A stretch of 62,047 bases of DNA from Hyphomicrobiales bacterium (GCA_021775575.1 JAJFHO010000187.1:1-62047); one strand, 5' to 3'; positions 1 to 8,935 are shown, counted from the stretch's first letter. Numbers and translations: made by a program. The notes: a model not told the origin generated them from the letters alone.

Positions 1-130
1 GGCGAGACCGGCACGCCCGGTGACGTCGGCGGGATCGGCGAGACCGGCACGCCCGGTGACGTCGGCGGGATCGGCGAGACCGGCACGCCCGGCGAAGTCG
101 GCGGGATTGGCGAGACCGGCACGCCCGGCG
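1..130 (+). repeat. 36-bp in-frame tandem repeat, at least 3.6 copies (12-aa unit GETGTPGDVGGI)
   Basis: Copies at 1-36 and 37-72 are identical. Copy 73-108 has 3 substitutions. A partial copy runs from 109 to about 129. The array is cut by the window edge. Confidence 0.95.
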
Positions 131-1107
131 CTGAAGAGAGCGATACCGCGCCGGCACCGATCGGTGGCGCTACGCCGGAGGATAAGACCGCGGCCCTGCC
201 GTTCGCCGCGCCGGCGACCGGGGTGAAGACCTTGCCGCCGCAGACCAGCCAGGCCGGCGGGCAGAGCACGCCGGCTCAGGCCAGTGTGCCCGGTGCGGCG
301 GAAACGCCTCCGACCCAGCTTCCACCGGAACAGCGGGGCACACCGCAACAACCAAATACCGAACCCGCGCATGCCACGCGGCCGCAGCCTGAAAGCGGGT
401 CGCGGAAGGCCGGTAACGGCGATCCCCAAAGCGGCGGCCGCGCCGAATTTACGGAGACCGGCGAACCATCGTCACGCCGGGGCGAGTCCTCCGGATCGGC
501 TCAGATTGTCAAAACGGCGGTCAATCCGGTCACCGGCCAAACCGTGCTGCATGTCGCCGAACGCAATAAAGCCGATGGCAAGGGCTCCCCTGCCCTTGAC
601 GCAGGCATCAACGCCCTCCAGATGAGGGCGGGCGCGCCGGTTCAAGGACCGGCTGCAGCGCTGCAGGGCGCGCAGGCGCCCCATATTCCGCTCAATTCCC
701 TGGCCGTTCACATCGCGCAGCAAGCGCGCAACGGCGTAAACCGGTTTGATATCCGCCTCGATCCGCCCGAACTCGGGCGTCTTGAAATCCGGCTCGATGT
801 TACCCGGGAGGGACAAGTCACAACGCATCTTGTCGTCGAGAGGTCGGAAACCCTCGATCTTCTGCAGCGCGATGCCAAGAGCCTCGAGCGCGCCCTCCAG
901 GACGCGGGGCTCGATACCTCCAAGGGAGGCTTGAGTTTTTCGCTGAAGGACCAGGGACAGTTTAGCAACGCGATGGCCGAGGATAACGCGGCGGCGGCAC
1001 AGTCCGGCGACAACGCCGAAGACAAGGCCGACACCGACGAAATCGATCCCGCCGGGCAACAGAGTCGCCGCTATACCGCATCGGGCGGTCTGGACATCCG
1101 GATTTAG
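1..1107 (+). CDS. fliK: flagellar hook-length control protein FliK-like, 5-prime partial (continues upstream of window)
   Basis: Frame 1 has no stop from nt 1 to TAG 1105-1107, so the ORF-track start (GTG 223) is internal. A Pro/Gln/Ala-rich spacer is followed by a C-terminal block (SLAVHIAQQARNGVNRFDIRLDPPELGRLEIRLDV...VVERSETLDLLQRDAKSLERALQDAGL) typical of the FliK C-terminal domain. It lies directly upstream of flgD. Confidence 0.65.
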   Translation, partial: GETGTPGDVGGIGETGTPGDVGGIGETGTPGEVGGIGETGTPGAEESDTAPAPIGGATPEDKTAALPFAAPATGVKTLPPQTSQAGGQSTPAQASVPGAAETPPTQLPPEQRGTPQQPNTEPAHATRPQPESGSRKAGNGDPQSGGRAEFTETGEPSSRRGESSGSAQIVKTAVNPVTGQTVLHVAERNKADGKGSPALDAGINALQMRAGAPVQGPAAALQGAQAPHIPLNSLAVHIAQQARNGVNRFDIRLDPPELGRLEIRLDVTREGQVTTHLVVERSETLDLLQRDAKSLERALQDAGLDTSKGGLSFSLKDQGQFSNAMAEDNAAAAQSGDNAEDKADTDEIDPAGQQSRRYTASGGLDIRI

Positions 1108-1120
1108 GAAAGGACCAATC

Positions 1121-1795
1121 ATGGTCGAAATCAATCCCTTCTCCGCAATTTCGAACTTGGGCGCTGCGGACAAAGACCGGGTATCCATCGCCGAGAATTT
1201 CGATACCTTTCTGGCCCTGCTGACCACCCAGCTCAAAAACCAGAGTCCCCTCGATCCGCTCGACACGAACCAGTTCACTCAGCAGCTGGTTCAGTTTACC
1301 GAGGTCGAACAGTCGGTGAAGCTGAACAAGAATCTGGAAAAAATGGTGGCGCTCACCGCAGCCAACGCAATCACCAACGCGGTCGGCTACATCGGCAAGC
1401 AAGTCACGACAAGCGGTGCAAGCGCGCAGCTGCAGAATGGCCAGGCGTCATGGACGGTGTCGCTGGCGGCCGACAGCCCGGCAACGAACTTCACCGTGCG
1501 CAACGCCGCCGGTGTCCAGGTGTATACGCAAACCAATCCGGTGGCCGCGGGCGCCCAGGTGTTCGCATGGGACGGTCAGACCGATACCGGCGGAAAGGCC
1601 CCCGACGGGATATATACCTTGTCGATTGTCGCCGAGGACGGTAAAGGCGGCACGTTGGTGGCGACAACAGAGGCCTCGGGCGTAATCGACGGAGTGGATA
1701 TGAGCGGCGATGAGCCCGTCCTTTTGGTCGGCGGATGGAAGATCCGGCTTGAAGATATTCTATCAATTAAGACGCCGCCGCCGCCGCAGGCCTAA
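1121..1795 (+). CDS. flgD: flagellar hook capping / rod modification protein FlgD
   Basis: N-terminal FlgD signature (FDTFLALLTTQLKNQSPLDPLDTNQFTQQLVQFTEVEQ) and an Ig-like C-terminal part (DGIYTLSIVAEDGKG). Follows fliK. Confidence 0.9.
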   Translation: MVEINPFSAISNLGAADKDRVSIAENFDTFLALLTTQLKNQSPLDPLDTNQFTQQLVQFTEVEQSVKLNKNLEKMVALTAANAITNAVGYIGKQVTTSGASAQLQNGQASWTVSLAADSPATNFTVRNAAGVQVYTQTNPVAAGAQVFAWDGQTDTGGKAPDGIYTLSIVAEDGKGGTLVATTEASGVIDGVDMSGDEPVLLVGGWKIRLEDILSIKTPPPPQA

Positions 1796-1843
1796 AAAAT
1801 CCCGGAAAACCGGGCAATTTCCCTGTTTCGATGCTCCGACTCA

Positions 1844-1871
1844 TTAACCCTCGCGCTTAGGCAAATCTTAA
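1844..1871. promoter_or_regulatory. CtrA-box-like motifs upstream of sciP (TTAACCCT; TTAG-N7-TTAA)
   Basis: TTAACCCT at 1844-1851 is one mismatch from the TTAACCAT half-site. TTAG-gcaaatc-TTAA at 1857-1871 is one mismatch from TTAA-N7-TTAA. Both lie 55-80 nt upstream of ATG 1925. Confidence 0.3.
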
Positions 1872-1924
1872 GCGGCCGTATGTATATTCTCCACTGTACG
1901 TTATGGGGGCGTGTTGAGAGTATC

Positions 1925-2200
1925 ATGACGGAACATTACAGGCCGCGTGTGCGATATGTTATTGGGCCAGATGGAAGCCCGCTGACGATCGCCGATTTAC
2001 CACCGACGAATACGAAGCGCTGGGTCATCCGCAGGAAGGCCGAGGTTGTCGCCGCCGTTCGCGGCGGGCTGCTAAGCCTCGACGAAGCCTGCGAAAGATA
2101 CACGCTCACCGTAGACGAGTTCCTGAGCTGGCAGCGGTCGATCGACCGCCATGGCCTGCCGGGTCTGCGGGCAACGCGAATTCAGGACTATCGCGCCTGA
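1925..2200 (+). CDS. sciP: small HTH protein of the DUF1153 / SciP (CtrA inhibitor) type
   Basis: 91-aa product (LTIADLPPTNTKRWVIRRKAEVVAAVRGGLLSLDEACERYTLTVDEFLSWQRSIDRHGLPGLRATRIQDY) matches my knowledge of SciP. ATG 1925 is preferred over the ORF-track start at 1880. Confidence 0.75.
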   Translation: MTEHYRPRVRYVIGPDGSPLTIADLPPTNTKRWVIRRKAEVVAAVRGGLLSLDEACERYTLTVDEFLSWQRSIDRHGLPGLRATRIQDYRA

Positions 2201-2367
2201 TCCCGCGGCTGCCCGGCCTCGCATCAAACGGCATTTTTCTTCCCGGTACCGCTGGCGCCGGTCGCGCGTCGGCTCATTCGAAGCTGGCAACGCCGATACC
2301 AACGGCTTGCCATCCGCGCCTGCCTTGGCGCGACTATTCCCAAAATGAAACACTTTCGCCTTCACGG

Positions 2368-2383
2368 TTAAGCATCTGTTTAG
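2368..2383. promoter_or_regulatory. CtrA-box-like site TTAA-N7-TTTAG upstream of fliF
   Basis: ttaa gcatctg tttag is one mismatch from TTAA-N7-TTAAC. It lies about 120 nt upstream of the fliF GTG. Confidence 0.3.
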
Positions 2384-2503
2384 GACTCGGTGGGTAATTT
2401 TTGCCGATCGGGACGAAACAGGGTGAGCGGTTCGCCGGGTCAACGGTAGCGCGGGGCAACCAATCCCGCATCGCTCATCCGCAATCGCGGGGCACCAACG
2501 AAA

Positions 2504-4162
2504 GTGAACAGCGTCACGGAGTTCGTCAAAACACTCGGCCCTGCGCGGCTGGCGGCAATGGGCGCCGTCGCCGTGGGCCTCATCGGCTTTTTCATTTTTC
2601 TGCTCCTGCGCTTCTCGCAGCCGCAGATGGGTGTCTTATTCACCGATCTGACCTTCGACGATTCAATTGGCATCGTGAAACGTCTCGAAGGCTTGGACAT
2701 TCCGCACGAGGTCCGGCAGGGAGGCGCCATAATCCTCGTTCCCAAAGAGCAGGCCCTGCGTTTGCGCATGACCCTTGCCGAAGATGGCCTGCCAGCCGGC
2801 GGCGCCGTCGGATATGAAATATTCGACAATACCGAAACCCTCGGATCAACGAGTTTCGTTCAGAATATCAATCAGTTGCGCGCCATTGAAGGAGAGCTTG
2901 CGCGCACAATTCGCTCGATTGACCGGGTTCAGTCGGCTCGCGTCCATCTGGTCCTGCCGCAACGCCGGCTGTTTGCCCAGCGAAGCGCGGAACCCTCCGC
3001 GTCGATTATAGTCACGGTACGCGGCTCACTCGACAGCGGTCAGATCAAGGCTATTCAGCACCTTGTCGCTTCCGCCGTCGAAGAGCTTCAGCCAGGCCGG
3101 GTCTCGATCGTCAATGAAGCCGGCAGACTGCTGGCCAACGGGCGCGGCGACGACGCCAACCCCATGGGCGATACACTCGATGAACGCAGCCGCACGATCG
3201 AATCCCGGATGCAGCAGGAAATCGAGACGATCGTCGCCAGCGTCGTCGGCAACGGCGGCGCACGGGTCCGTGTCACCGCCGAACTGGACTATAACAAGAT
3301 CACCGAAACCTCCGACGTCTACGATCCGGACGGGCAAGTCGTCCGCTCGACCCAGTCGCGCGAAGAGAAGGCTGCATCGGCAACGCCTTCGTCTGACGAC
3401 AGCGTGTCGGTCGGCAACGAACTGCCCGCGGCGAATGCAGAGGCGAATAACGGAAGCCAGCAGGAAAGCTCCTCGAAAACCGAGGAAGTCGTCAACTACG
3501 AGATATCGCGCACGACCACAACGGAGGTGGTCGAAGGGGGACGGGTCAAACGCCTGTCCGTCGCCGTGCTGGTCGATGGCGTGTACGAGAAGGCCGCGGA
3601 CGGCAATCTCAGCTACACGCCGCGCAGCGAGGAAGAGCTGGCAAAAATCGCCAAGCTGGTTCAGACGGCTATCGGTTTTGACAAGGAACGCGGCGATCAG
3701 GTTCACGTAACCAATTTGCGCTTTGCTAAACCGGATGTACCGCAACTCGCCGACAATGCTGAAGGCGGTATGTTCGATTTCTCCAAGGCGGAGTATTTCC
3801 ATATCGCCGAATTGGGTGTCATTGCACTGGTTTCTCTTCTCGTTCTGCTGTTTGTCGTCCGCCCGCTGGTCCGGCGCATCGTTACGCCGGAAATCGATCA
3901 TTCCCTTGAGGACCTGGCAATCGACTGGAAGGAAAACAGCGCCGGAGAGCTGCCTGGCCCGAACCAGGAAGGGCATGGACCCAATAGCGAAAACGCCCTG
4001 CTCGAACCACCGCCCGACAACCCCGCGACGGAGGCCCTGAAGCAGGCCAAGATTGTCGGCGAGATACAGGCTCACGCACTTCGCGAAGTCGGTGAGATTG
4101 TCGAAAACAATCCCGAGGAAGCCTCCACGATCGTCAGAAACTGGATACAGGAAGCAGCGTAG
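2504..4162 (+). CDS. fliF: flagellar MS-ring protein FliF
   Basis: N-terminal TM segment (AAMGAVAVGLIGFFIFLLL), YscJ/FliF core (LFTDLTFDDSIGIVKRLEGLDIPHEV, RVHLVLP), second TM segment (IAELGVIALVSLLVLLFVV) and an acidic C-terminal tail. GTG start. Confidence 0.95.
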   Translation: MNSVTEFVKTLGPARLAAMGAVAVGLIGFFIFLLLRFSQPQMGVLFTDLTFDDSIGIVKRLEGLDIPHEVRQGGAIILVPKEQALRLRMTLAEDGLPAGGAVGYEIFDNTETLGSTSFVQNINQLRAIEGELARTIRSIDRVQSARVHLVLPQRRLFAQRSAEPSASIIVTVRGSLDSGQIKAIQHLVASAVEELQPGRVSIVNEAGRLLANGRGDDANPMGDTLDERSRTIESRMQQEIETIVASVVGNGGARVRVTAELDYNKITETSDVYDPDGQVVRSTQSREEKAASATPSSDDSVSVGNELPAANAEANNGSQQESSSKTEEVVNYEISRTTTTEVVEGGRVKRLSVAVLVDGVYEKAADGNLSYTPRSEEELAKIAKLVQTAIGFDKERGDQVHVTNLRFAKPDVPQLADNAEGGMFDFSKAEYFHIAELGVIALVSLLVLLFVVRPLVRRIVTPEIDHSLEDLAIDWKENSAGELPGPNQEGHGPNSENALLEPPPDNPATEALKQAKIVGEIQAHALREVGEIVENNPEEASTIVRNWIQEAA

Positions 4163-4173
4163 CGCGGGATCGA

Positions 4174-5259
4174 ATGGCAGAAGCAGCAGAAAAACAAGAA
4201 ACCCCGGCGGCAGCTGAAACTCTGCCGGTCGAAGTGGACGCGCCGCTGGACGCAATTGACCTGACCCGGTTCGAAGGCGTGGACAAGGCGGCCATTCTTC
4301 TACTGGCGCTGGGCAATGAATATGGCCATCCGATCTGGAAAGAGCTCGACGATGACGAAGTCATAGCCGTCTCCCTGGCGATGTCCCGCATGGGGTCCGT
4401 CACCAAGGATGTATCGGAAGCGCTGCTGACACAGTTCATATCCAGCATGTCCTTGACGGGCGCCCTGATGGGCTCGTCGCAATCCACCGAGCGCTTGCTC
4501 TCGGAGTTTATTCCGCAGGACCGTTTACAGCATATCATGGAAGAGATCCGCGGACCTGCCGGCCGGAACATGTGGGAAAAGCTCTCAAATGTTCAGGCCA
4601 ACGTGCTCGCCAATTATCTGAAGAATGAATATCCGCAAACCGTCGCGGTAATTTTCTCCAAGATATCGACAGAACATGCCGCCCGGGTGCTTGCCATCCT
4701 GCCCGATGATTTCGCCCTGGAAGTGGTCCAGCGCATGCTGGCCATGGAATCTGTCCAGCGGGACGTTCTGGAGAAAATCGAACATACTCTCAGAAGCGAA
4801 TTCATCTCCAACCTGTCGCAGACGCAGAAGCGCGATGCGCACGAGCTGCTGGCCGACATCTTCAACAGCTTCGACCGGCAGACGGAGAGCCGCTTCCTGC
4901 ATTCGCTTGAAGAAGCTGACTGGGACGCAGCCGAACGCATCAAGACGCTTATGTTCACCTTCGACGACCTCTCTAAACTGGACAAGGCTTCGATCCAGAC
5001 GCTGTTGCGCAAGGTTGAGACGGACAAGCTGCTGCTTGCGATGAAAGGCGCGTCGGAGCCGGTCCGCGAGTTCTTTTTCGCCAATATGTCCGAACGCGCC
5101 GGAGCCCGCCTCAAGGACGACCTCGAGGTCATGGGCCCGGTCCGCCTGAAGGATGTCGACGATGCTCAGACGGCGATGATCAACACCGCGAAGGATCTGG
5201 CCGACAAGGGAGAAATCATAGTGACCAAGAACAGCGCGGAAGACGAACTCGTCTTCTAG
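4174..5259 (+). CDS. fliG: flagellar motor switch protein FliG
   Basis: Typical FliG length and motifs (KAAILLLALG, TVAVIFSKISTEHAARVLAILP, MFTFDDLSKLD, ERAGARLKDDLE). Confidence 0.95.
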   Translation: MAEAAEKQETPAAAETLPVEVDAPLDAIDLTRFEGVDKAAILLLALGNEYGHPIWKELDDDEVIAVSLAMSRMGSVTKDVSEALLTQFISSMSLTGALMGSSQSTERLLSEFIPQDRLQHIMEEIRGPAGRNMWEKLSNVQANVLANYLKNEYPQTVAVIFSKISTEHAARVLAILPDDFALEVVQRMLAMESVQRDVLEKIEHTLRSEFISNLSQTQKRDAHELLADIFNSFDRQTESRFLHSLEEADWDAAERIKTLMFTFDDLSKLDKASIQTLLRKVETDKLLLAMKGASEPVREFFFANMSERAGARLKDDLEVMGPVRLKDVDDAQTAMINTAKDLADKGEIIVTKNSAEDELVF

Positions 5260-5278
5260 GAGAGCAGTACGGGAAATC

Positions 5279-6040
5279 ATGGGCGAAGCCGTTAAATATC
5301 TGTTCGATCGGAACTTCGAGGCCCCGGCGCCCGACGCCGAGCCGCCTGAAATTGTCATCGAGCGTGAACTGCGCAGTCAGTTCGAACAGGAGCTGGCGGC
5401 AGCGCGAGCGAGCGAGTATGAGCGCGGCCGCAACGACGGTTCGCACGAGGCGCGCCAGTCACTCGAAGCGACGACGGACCAGGCTGTCGCCCAATTGGTT
5501 CAGCAGGCCGGATCGATCCTCGACCGGCTGGATGATGAATGCCGCTCGACCAGGTCCGAAGCCATACAGGTTGCGCTGACGGCAGCCGAGCGGCTGGCCG
5601 GCGAGTTGATCCAACGCGAGCCGACCGCGCTGCTGGAATCGCTGTTTTCCAAATGCCTCGAGTATCTGGGCGAGGCCCCGCACATTGCCATCCGCGTCAA
5701 TGATGCGCTCGCCGAACGCCTGCAGGACAAGATTCAGGAAACCGCCGCGCGGCAGGGTTTTCCCGGCAAGGTCATCGTTCTCGGTGACCCGGAAACCCAA
5801 ACTGGAGACTGCCGCATCGAATGGGCTGACGGTGGCGTTACCCGCGATTTCGAAAAGTTGAAGCTGAACGTGAACGAGATCGTGAGGCGCCATCTGGCGT
5901 CGGGCGACATGGCCCGGACACCGCAGCCCGAATCCGAGACAGTCGAAGTCGATGACACGGCAGCGGAAAATAGCCGCGCGCCGGCCACGGCCAGTGACGA
6001 TAAGACAACAAGAACGAATAGTTCAGGAGATCAACAATGA
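5279..6040 (+). CDS. fliH: flagellar assembly protein FliH (FlbE-like)
   Basis: Position between fliG and fliN. Charged coiled-coil N-terminal half and FliH-like C-terminal half (HIAIRVNDALAERL...GDCRIEWADGGV). 4-nt overlap with fliN. Confidence 0.7.
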   Translation: MGEAVKYLFDRNFEAPAPDAEPPEIVIERELRSQFEQELAAARASEYERGRNDGSHEARQSLEATTDQAVAQLVQQAGSILDRLDDECRSTRSEAIQVALTAAERLAGELIQREPTALLESLFSKCLEYLGEAPHIAIRVNDALAERLQDKIQETAARQGFPGKVIVLGDPETQTGDCRIEWADGGVTRDFEKLKLNVNEIVRRHLASGDMARTPQPESETVEVDDTAAENSRAPATASDDKTTRTNSSGDQQ

Positions 6041-6453
6041 GCGAAGAGACCGGCGGCGAAAATCTCGAACTCACCGATTTCGCGCAGGAAGCGGCCGGCG
6101 CGCCGCCGCCCGCGGAACCGGGAGAGAACGCTGTCACCGGCGAAGGTCCGGCCGCCGCGGCGATGGAGCCGGAGCCGGAACAGGACTCCGACGATGACGA
6201 CGCGCCACGCCTGGCGTCCGACCTGGAGGCGGTGTTCAACGTTCCCGTCAACATCGCCGCCGTCCTCGGTGGCACCAACATGGAAGTCAGCGACCTTCTG
6301 AAACTGAATGAGGGAGACGTTGTGGAGCTCGACCGCAAGGTCGGCGAGGCCATCGATATTTTCGTCAACAACCGTCTGGTGGCGCGCGGAGAGGTGGTCC
6401 TGGTGGAGGACCGCCTCGGTGTAACCATGACCGAAATCATCAAGGGCGAATAG
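6037..6453 (+). CDS. fliN: flagellar motor switch protein FliN
   Basis: C-terminal SpoA/FliN domain (VPVNIAAVLGGTNMEVSDLLKLNEGDVVELDRKVGEAIDIFVNNRLVARGEVVLVEDRLGVTMTEI). Confidence 0.9.
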   Translation: MSEETGGENLELTDFAQEAAGAPPPAEPGENAVTGEGPAAAAMEPEPEQDSDDDDAPRLASDLEAVFNVPVNIAAVLGGTNMEVSDLLKLNEGDVVELDRKVGEAIDIFVNNRLVARGEVVLVEDRLGVTMTEIIKGE

Positions 6454-6474
6454 AACGAGGCTCTGCTGAAAAAA

Positions 6475-6501
6475 ATAGCGCGAATAGCGCGAATAGCGCG
6501 A
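6475..6501 (+). repeat. perfect 9-bp x3 tandem repeat (atagcgcga) in the fliN-flbD spacer
   Basis: Copies at 6475-6483, 6484-6492 and 6493-6501. The array ends 10 nt before the AGGAG Shine-Dalgarno of flbD. Confidence 0.95.
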
Positions 6502-6520
6502 GACCAAACAGGAGACTGAC

Positions 6521-7885
6521 ATGAGATTGTTGATCATCGGCACCTTGAACGGGCAGCTCACCGCCGCGACAAAGATCGCGATGGACCGTGGCGCCAAGGT
6601 GACCCATGCCCCCGCTATCGACAATGCGATGAAGGATCTGCGATCGGGCCGCGGAGCCGATCTCATCATGGTCGAGGTCAGCCAGGACATAGCAAGCCTG
6701 ATGCAACAGCTGGAGGCCGAGCATATTCATGTGCCGGTCGTTGCCTGCGGCGTGGAAAATGACGCCAAGGCGGCTGTTGCCGCAATCCAGGCCGGCGCCA
6801 AGGAATACATCCCCCTGCCCCCGGACCCCGAACTTATCGCCGCGGTGCTGGAAGCCGTCGCCGCGGACTCCAACGCGGTGATCTACCGCGACGAAAAGAT
6901 GGCCGAGGTCATCAAGCTGGCCGACCAGATCGCCGGCTCCGACGCCAGCATTCTGATTACCGGCGAGTCCGGCACCGGCAAGGAAGTGATGGCCCGGCAT
7001 GTTCATCAGAAGTCGGCGCGCTCGGCGAAGGCTTTCATTTCTATCAACTGCGCCGCTATCCCGGAAAACTTGCTCGAATCGGAACTGTTCGGCCACGAGA
7101 AAGGCGCCTTCACCGGCGCCATCGCGCGGCGTATCGGTAAATTCGAGGAAGCCGACGGCGGCACGCTGCTGCTCGACGAAATCTCCGAAATGGATGCCCG
7201 CCTCCAGGCCAAGTTGCTCAGGGCGATCCAGGAACGCGTCATCGACCGGGTCGGCGGGTCGACGCCGGTCCGTGTCGATATCCGGATTCTCGCAACCTCG
7301 AACCGCGATCTGCACGCGGCGGTGCGTGACGGCAGCTTCCGCGAGGACCTGCTGTACCGGCTCAATGTCGTCAATCTCAAGATCCCGCCGCTGCGCGAGC
7401 GCCCGACTGACATTCTCGAACTCGCCGACCATTTCGCGAAAAAATTCGCCGAGGCCAACGGCATCGCCCGCAAAGGCATTTCCGCCGACGCCCGCAAGCA
7501 GCTGCTCGCCAGTCCCTGGCCCGGCAATGTGCGCGAGCTTGAAAACACCATCCACCGCGCTGTGCTGCTGTCCAGCGGCGCTGAAATCGACGCCGAGGCC
7601 ATCCGCGCGCCCGATGGCGCCCCCGGCGGCGGCGCTCTGCACGACCCGGCCACGCAGGCCGCGCAAACAGCCGAAGCCGTGTCCCGCTCGCTGGTCGGCA
7701 TGACGGTCGCGGAAGTCGAGCGCGATCTCATTATCGATACGCTCGGCCATTGCCTGGGCAACCGCACTCACGCCGCGAATATCCTTGGCATTTCGATCCG
7801 CACGCTGCGCAACAAGCTGAAGCAATATAGCGAAGCCGGCATCGAGGTTCCGATGCCCGGTGACGCGCGCATCGCGATGGGGTGA
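6521..7885 (+). CDS. flbD: sigma-54-dependent flagellar transcriptional regulator FlbD
   Basis: Receiver-like N-terminus, AAA+ sigma-54 interaction core (ILITGESGTGKEVMARHVH, ESELFGHEKGAFTGA) and a Fis-type HTH (GNRTHAANILGISIRTLRNKL). Last gene of a fliF-type operon, as in Caulobacter. Confidence 0.85.
   Translation: MRLLIIGTLNGQLTAATKIAMDRGAKVTHAPAIDNAMKDLRSGRGADLIMVEVSQDIASLMQQLEAEHIHVPVVACGVENDAKAAVAAIQAGAKEYIPLPPDPELIAAVLEAVAADSNAVIYRDEKMAEVIKLADQIAGSDASILITGESGTGKEVMARHVHQKSARSAKAFISINCAAIPENLLESELFGHEKGAFTGAIARRIGKFEEADGGTLLLDEISEMDARLQAKLLRAIQERVIDRVGGSTPVRVDIRILATSNRDLHAAVRDGSFREDLLYRLNVVNLKIPPLRERPTDILELADHFAKKFAEANGIARKGISADARKQLLASPWPGNVRELENTIHRAVLLSSGAEIDAEAIRAPDGAPGGGALHDPATQAAQTAEAVSRSLVGMTVAEVERDLIIDTLGHCLGNRTHAANILGISIRTLRNKLKQYSEAGIEVPMPGDARIAMG
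7841..7877 (+). repeat. left copy of a 37-bp direct repeat (last codons of flbD)
   Basis: atcgaggttccgatgcccggtgacGcgcgcatcgcga. This is 36/37 identical to 10197-10233. The 6 nt before each copy also match 5/6. Confidence 0.9.
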
Positions 7886-7961
7886 GCGGCTGGTCCTGGT
7901 TTATCGCTCACGGCTGTTCCGTCACAAGAAGTGCGATTGGTCGGCAAAAATTTCTGGAGAC

Positions 7962-8852
7962 CTAGCTGGCAGGCAGGAGGTCTATCAGGGCATCCAGTTT
8001 TGCGGACCTGTAGTCTGAACGCCAAGCAAGCAATGTCTTGATATGAGATATATTGTCCGGCAGGTCGTAACGCTGGAACTGCCCCTTTGTGGATACGACA
8101 TCCAGAACGGATTGAGGGATCACGGCGTAGCCCGCACCAGCAGAGACGCAGGCGAGAATGGCAAGATAAGAACTCACCGCCATGATACTGCCCGGAACTA
8201 TTCCAGCTTCCAGCAGCCATTGTTCAAGATAGCGGCGATAGGCACAGCCCGCTTCAAATGCGACTACGGTCTTGCCGCTGATTTCGCTCTTATTCTCTAA
8301 TGGCGGAAAGGATTGTGGAGCCACCAGGATCAACCGTTCTTCGAACACCGGCCGCGTGGTAACCCAATCGAAGGACACTGGCTCGGCGGCAAAAGCGATT
8401 TCGATATCATAGTTCAGCAGACGGTCCATCAACGCTCCGGCCGTATCTGTTTCCAGTTCGATTTGGACATCGGGATGGAGTTCATGGTAGCGCGACAGAA
8501 TTTCAGGCAGTCGCGCGGCGGCTGTGCTCTCCATGGTGCCAATCCGGAAGACGCCTCTCGGCTTGCCCACCTTCAGGGCTTCGGAGGCCTCCATCGACAA
8601 TTGAAGAAAACGCTCTGCGTATGCCAACAGCAACTGGCCATCGGGCGTTAGCGAAAGACCTCTGTTGTGACGCAGGAACAGATTTTTCTCCAGTTGCTGT
8701 TCCAGCTGTTTGATGCGGGTGCTGATATTGGACTGCACCCGGTTCAGCTTCATCGCCGCCCTGGAAACGCTTCCCTCGATCGCAACGGTTCGAAATATCT
8801 CAAGGGCTCGAAGATTCAGGCCGTGCATAGATATCTCCAAATAAGAATTCAT
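7962..8852 (-). CDS. LysR family transcriptional regulator
   Basis: N-terminal wHTH (LRALEIFRTVAIEGSVSRAAMKLNRVQSNISTRIKQLEQQL) plus a LysR substrate-binding domain. Divergent from the MFS gene. Confidence 0.9.
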   Translation of the reverse strand: MNSYLEISMHGLNLRALEIFRTVAIEGSVSRAAMKLNRVQSNISTRIKQLEQQLEKNLFLRHNRGLSLTPDGQLLLAYAERFLQLSMEASEALKVGKPRGVFRIGTMESTAAARLPEILSRYHELHPDVQIELETDTAGALMDRLLNYDIEIAFAAEPVSFDWVTTRPVFEERLILVAPQSFPPLENKSEISGKTVVAFEAGCAYRRYLEQWLLEAGIVPGSIMAVSSYLAILACVSAGAGYAVIPQSVLDVVSTKGQFQRYDLPDNISHIKTLLAWRSDYRSAKLDALIDLLPAS

Positions 8853-8935
8853 AAGTCAGTTTAATTCATTTTTTTTAATATATCTCAGGCGCTACAAAAT
8901 GGGCAAGTTCGAAACCGCAGGCATTCAGGGTCGCA

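Noticed and set aside
3026-4255. Long antisense or alternative-frame ORFs: 3026-4255, 6440-7825, 12796-13851, 21584-22423, 23132-24361, 44725-45963, 46200-47252, 51094-52614, 57590-58702
   Set aside because: Each lies opposite to, or out of frame with, a confidently recognised gene (fliF, flbD, the TadG-like gene, cheA, the activase genes, cobT/S, cobB). Each has Arg/Gly/Pro-biased composition. None was called.
6475-6501. Short tandem repeats (6475-6501, and 1-130) as a CRISPR array
   Set aside because: The repeats are directly abutting with no spacers. One is in-frame coding sequence. There are no cas genes.
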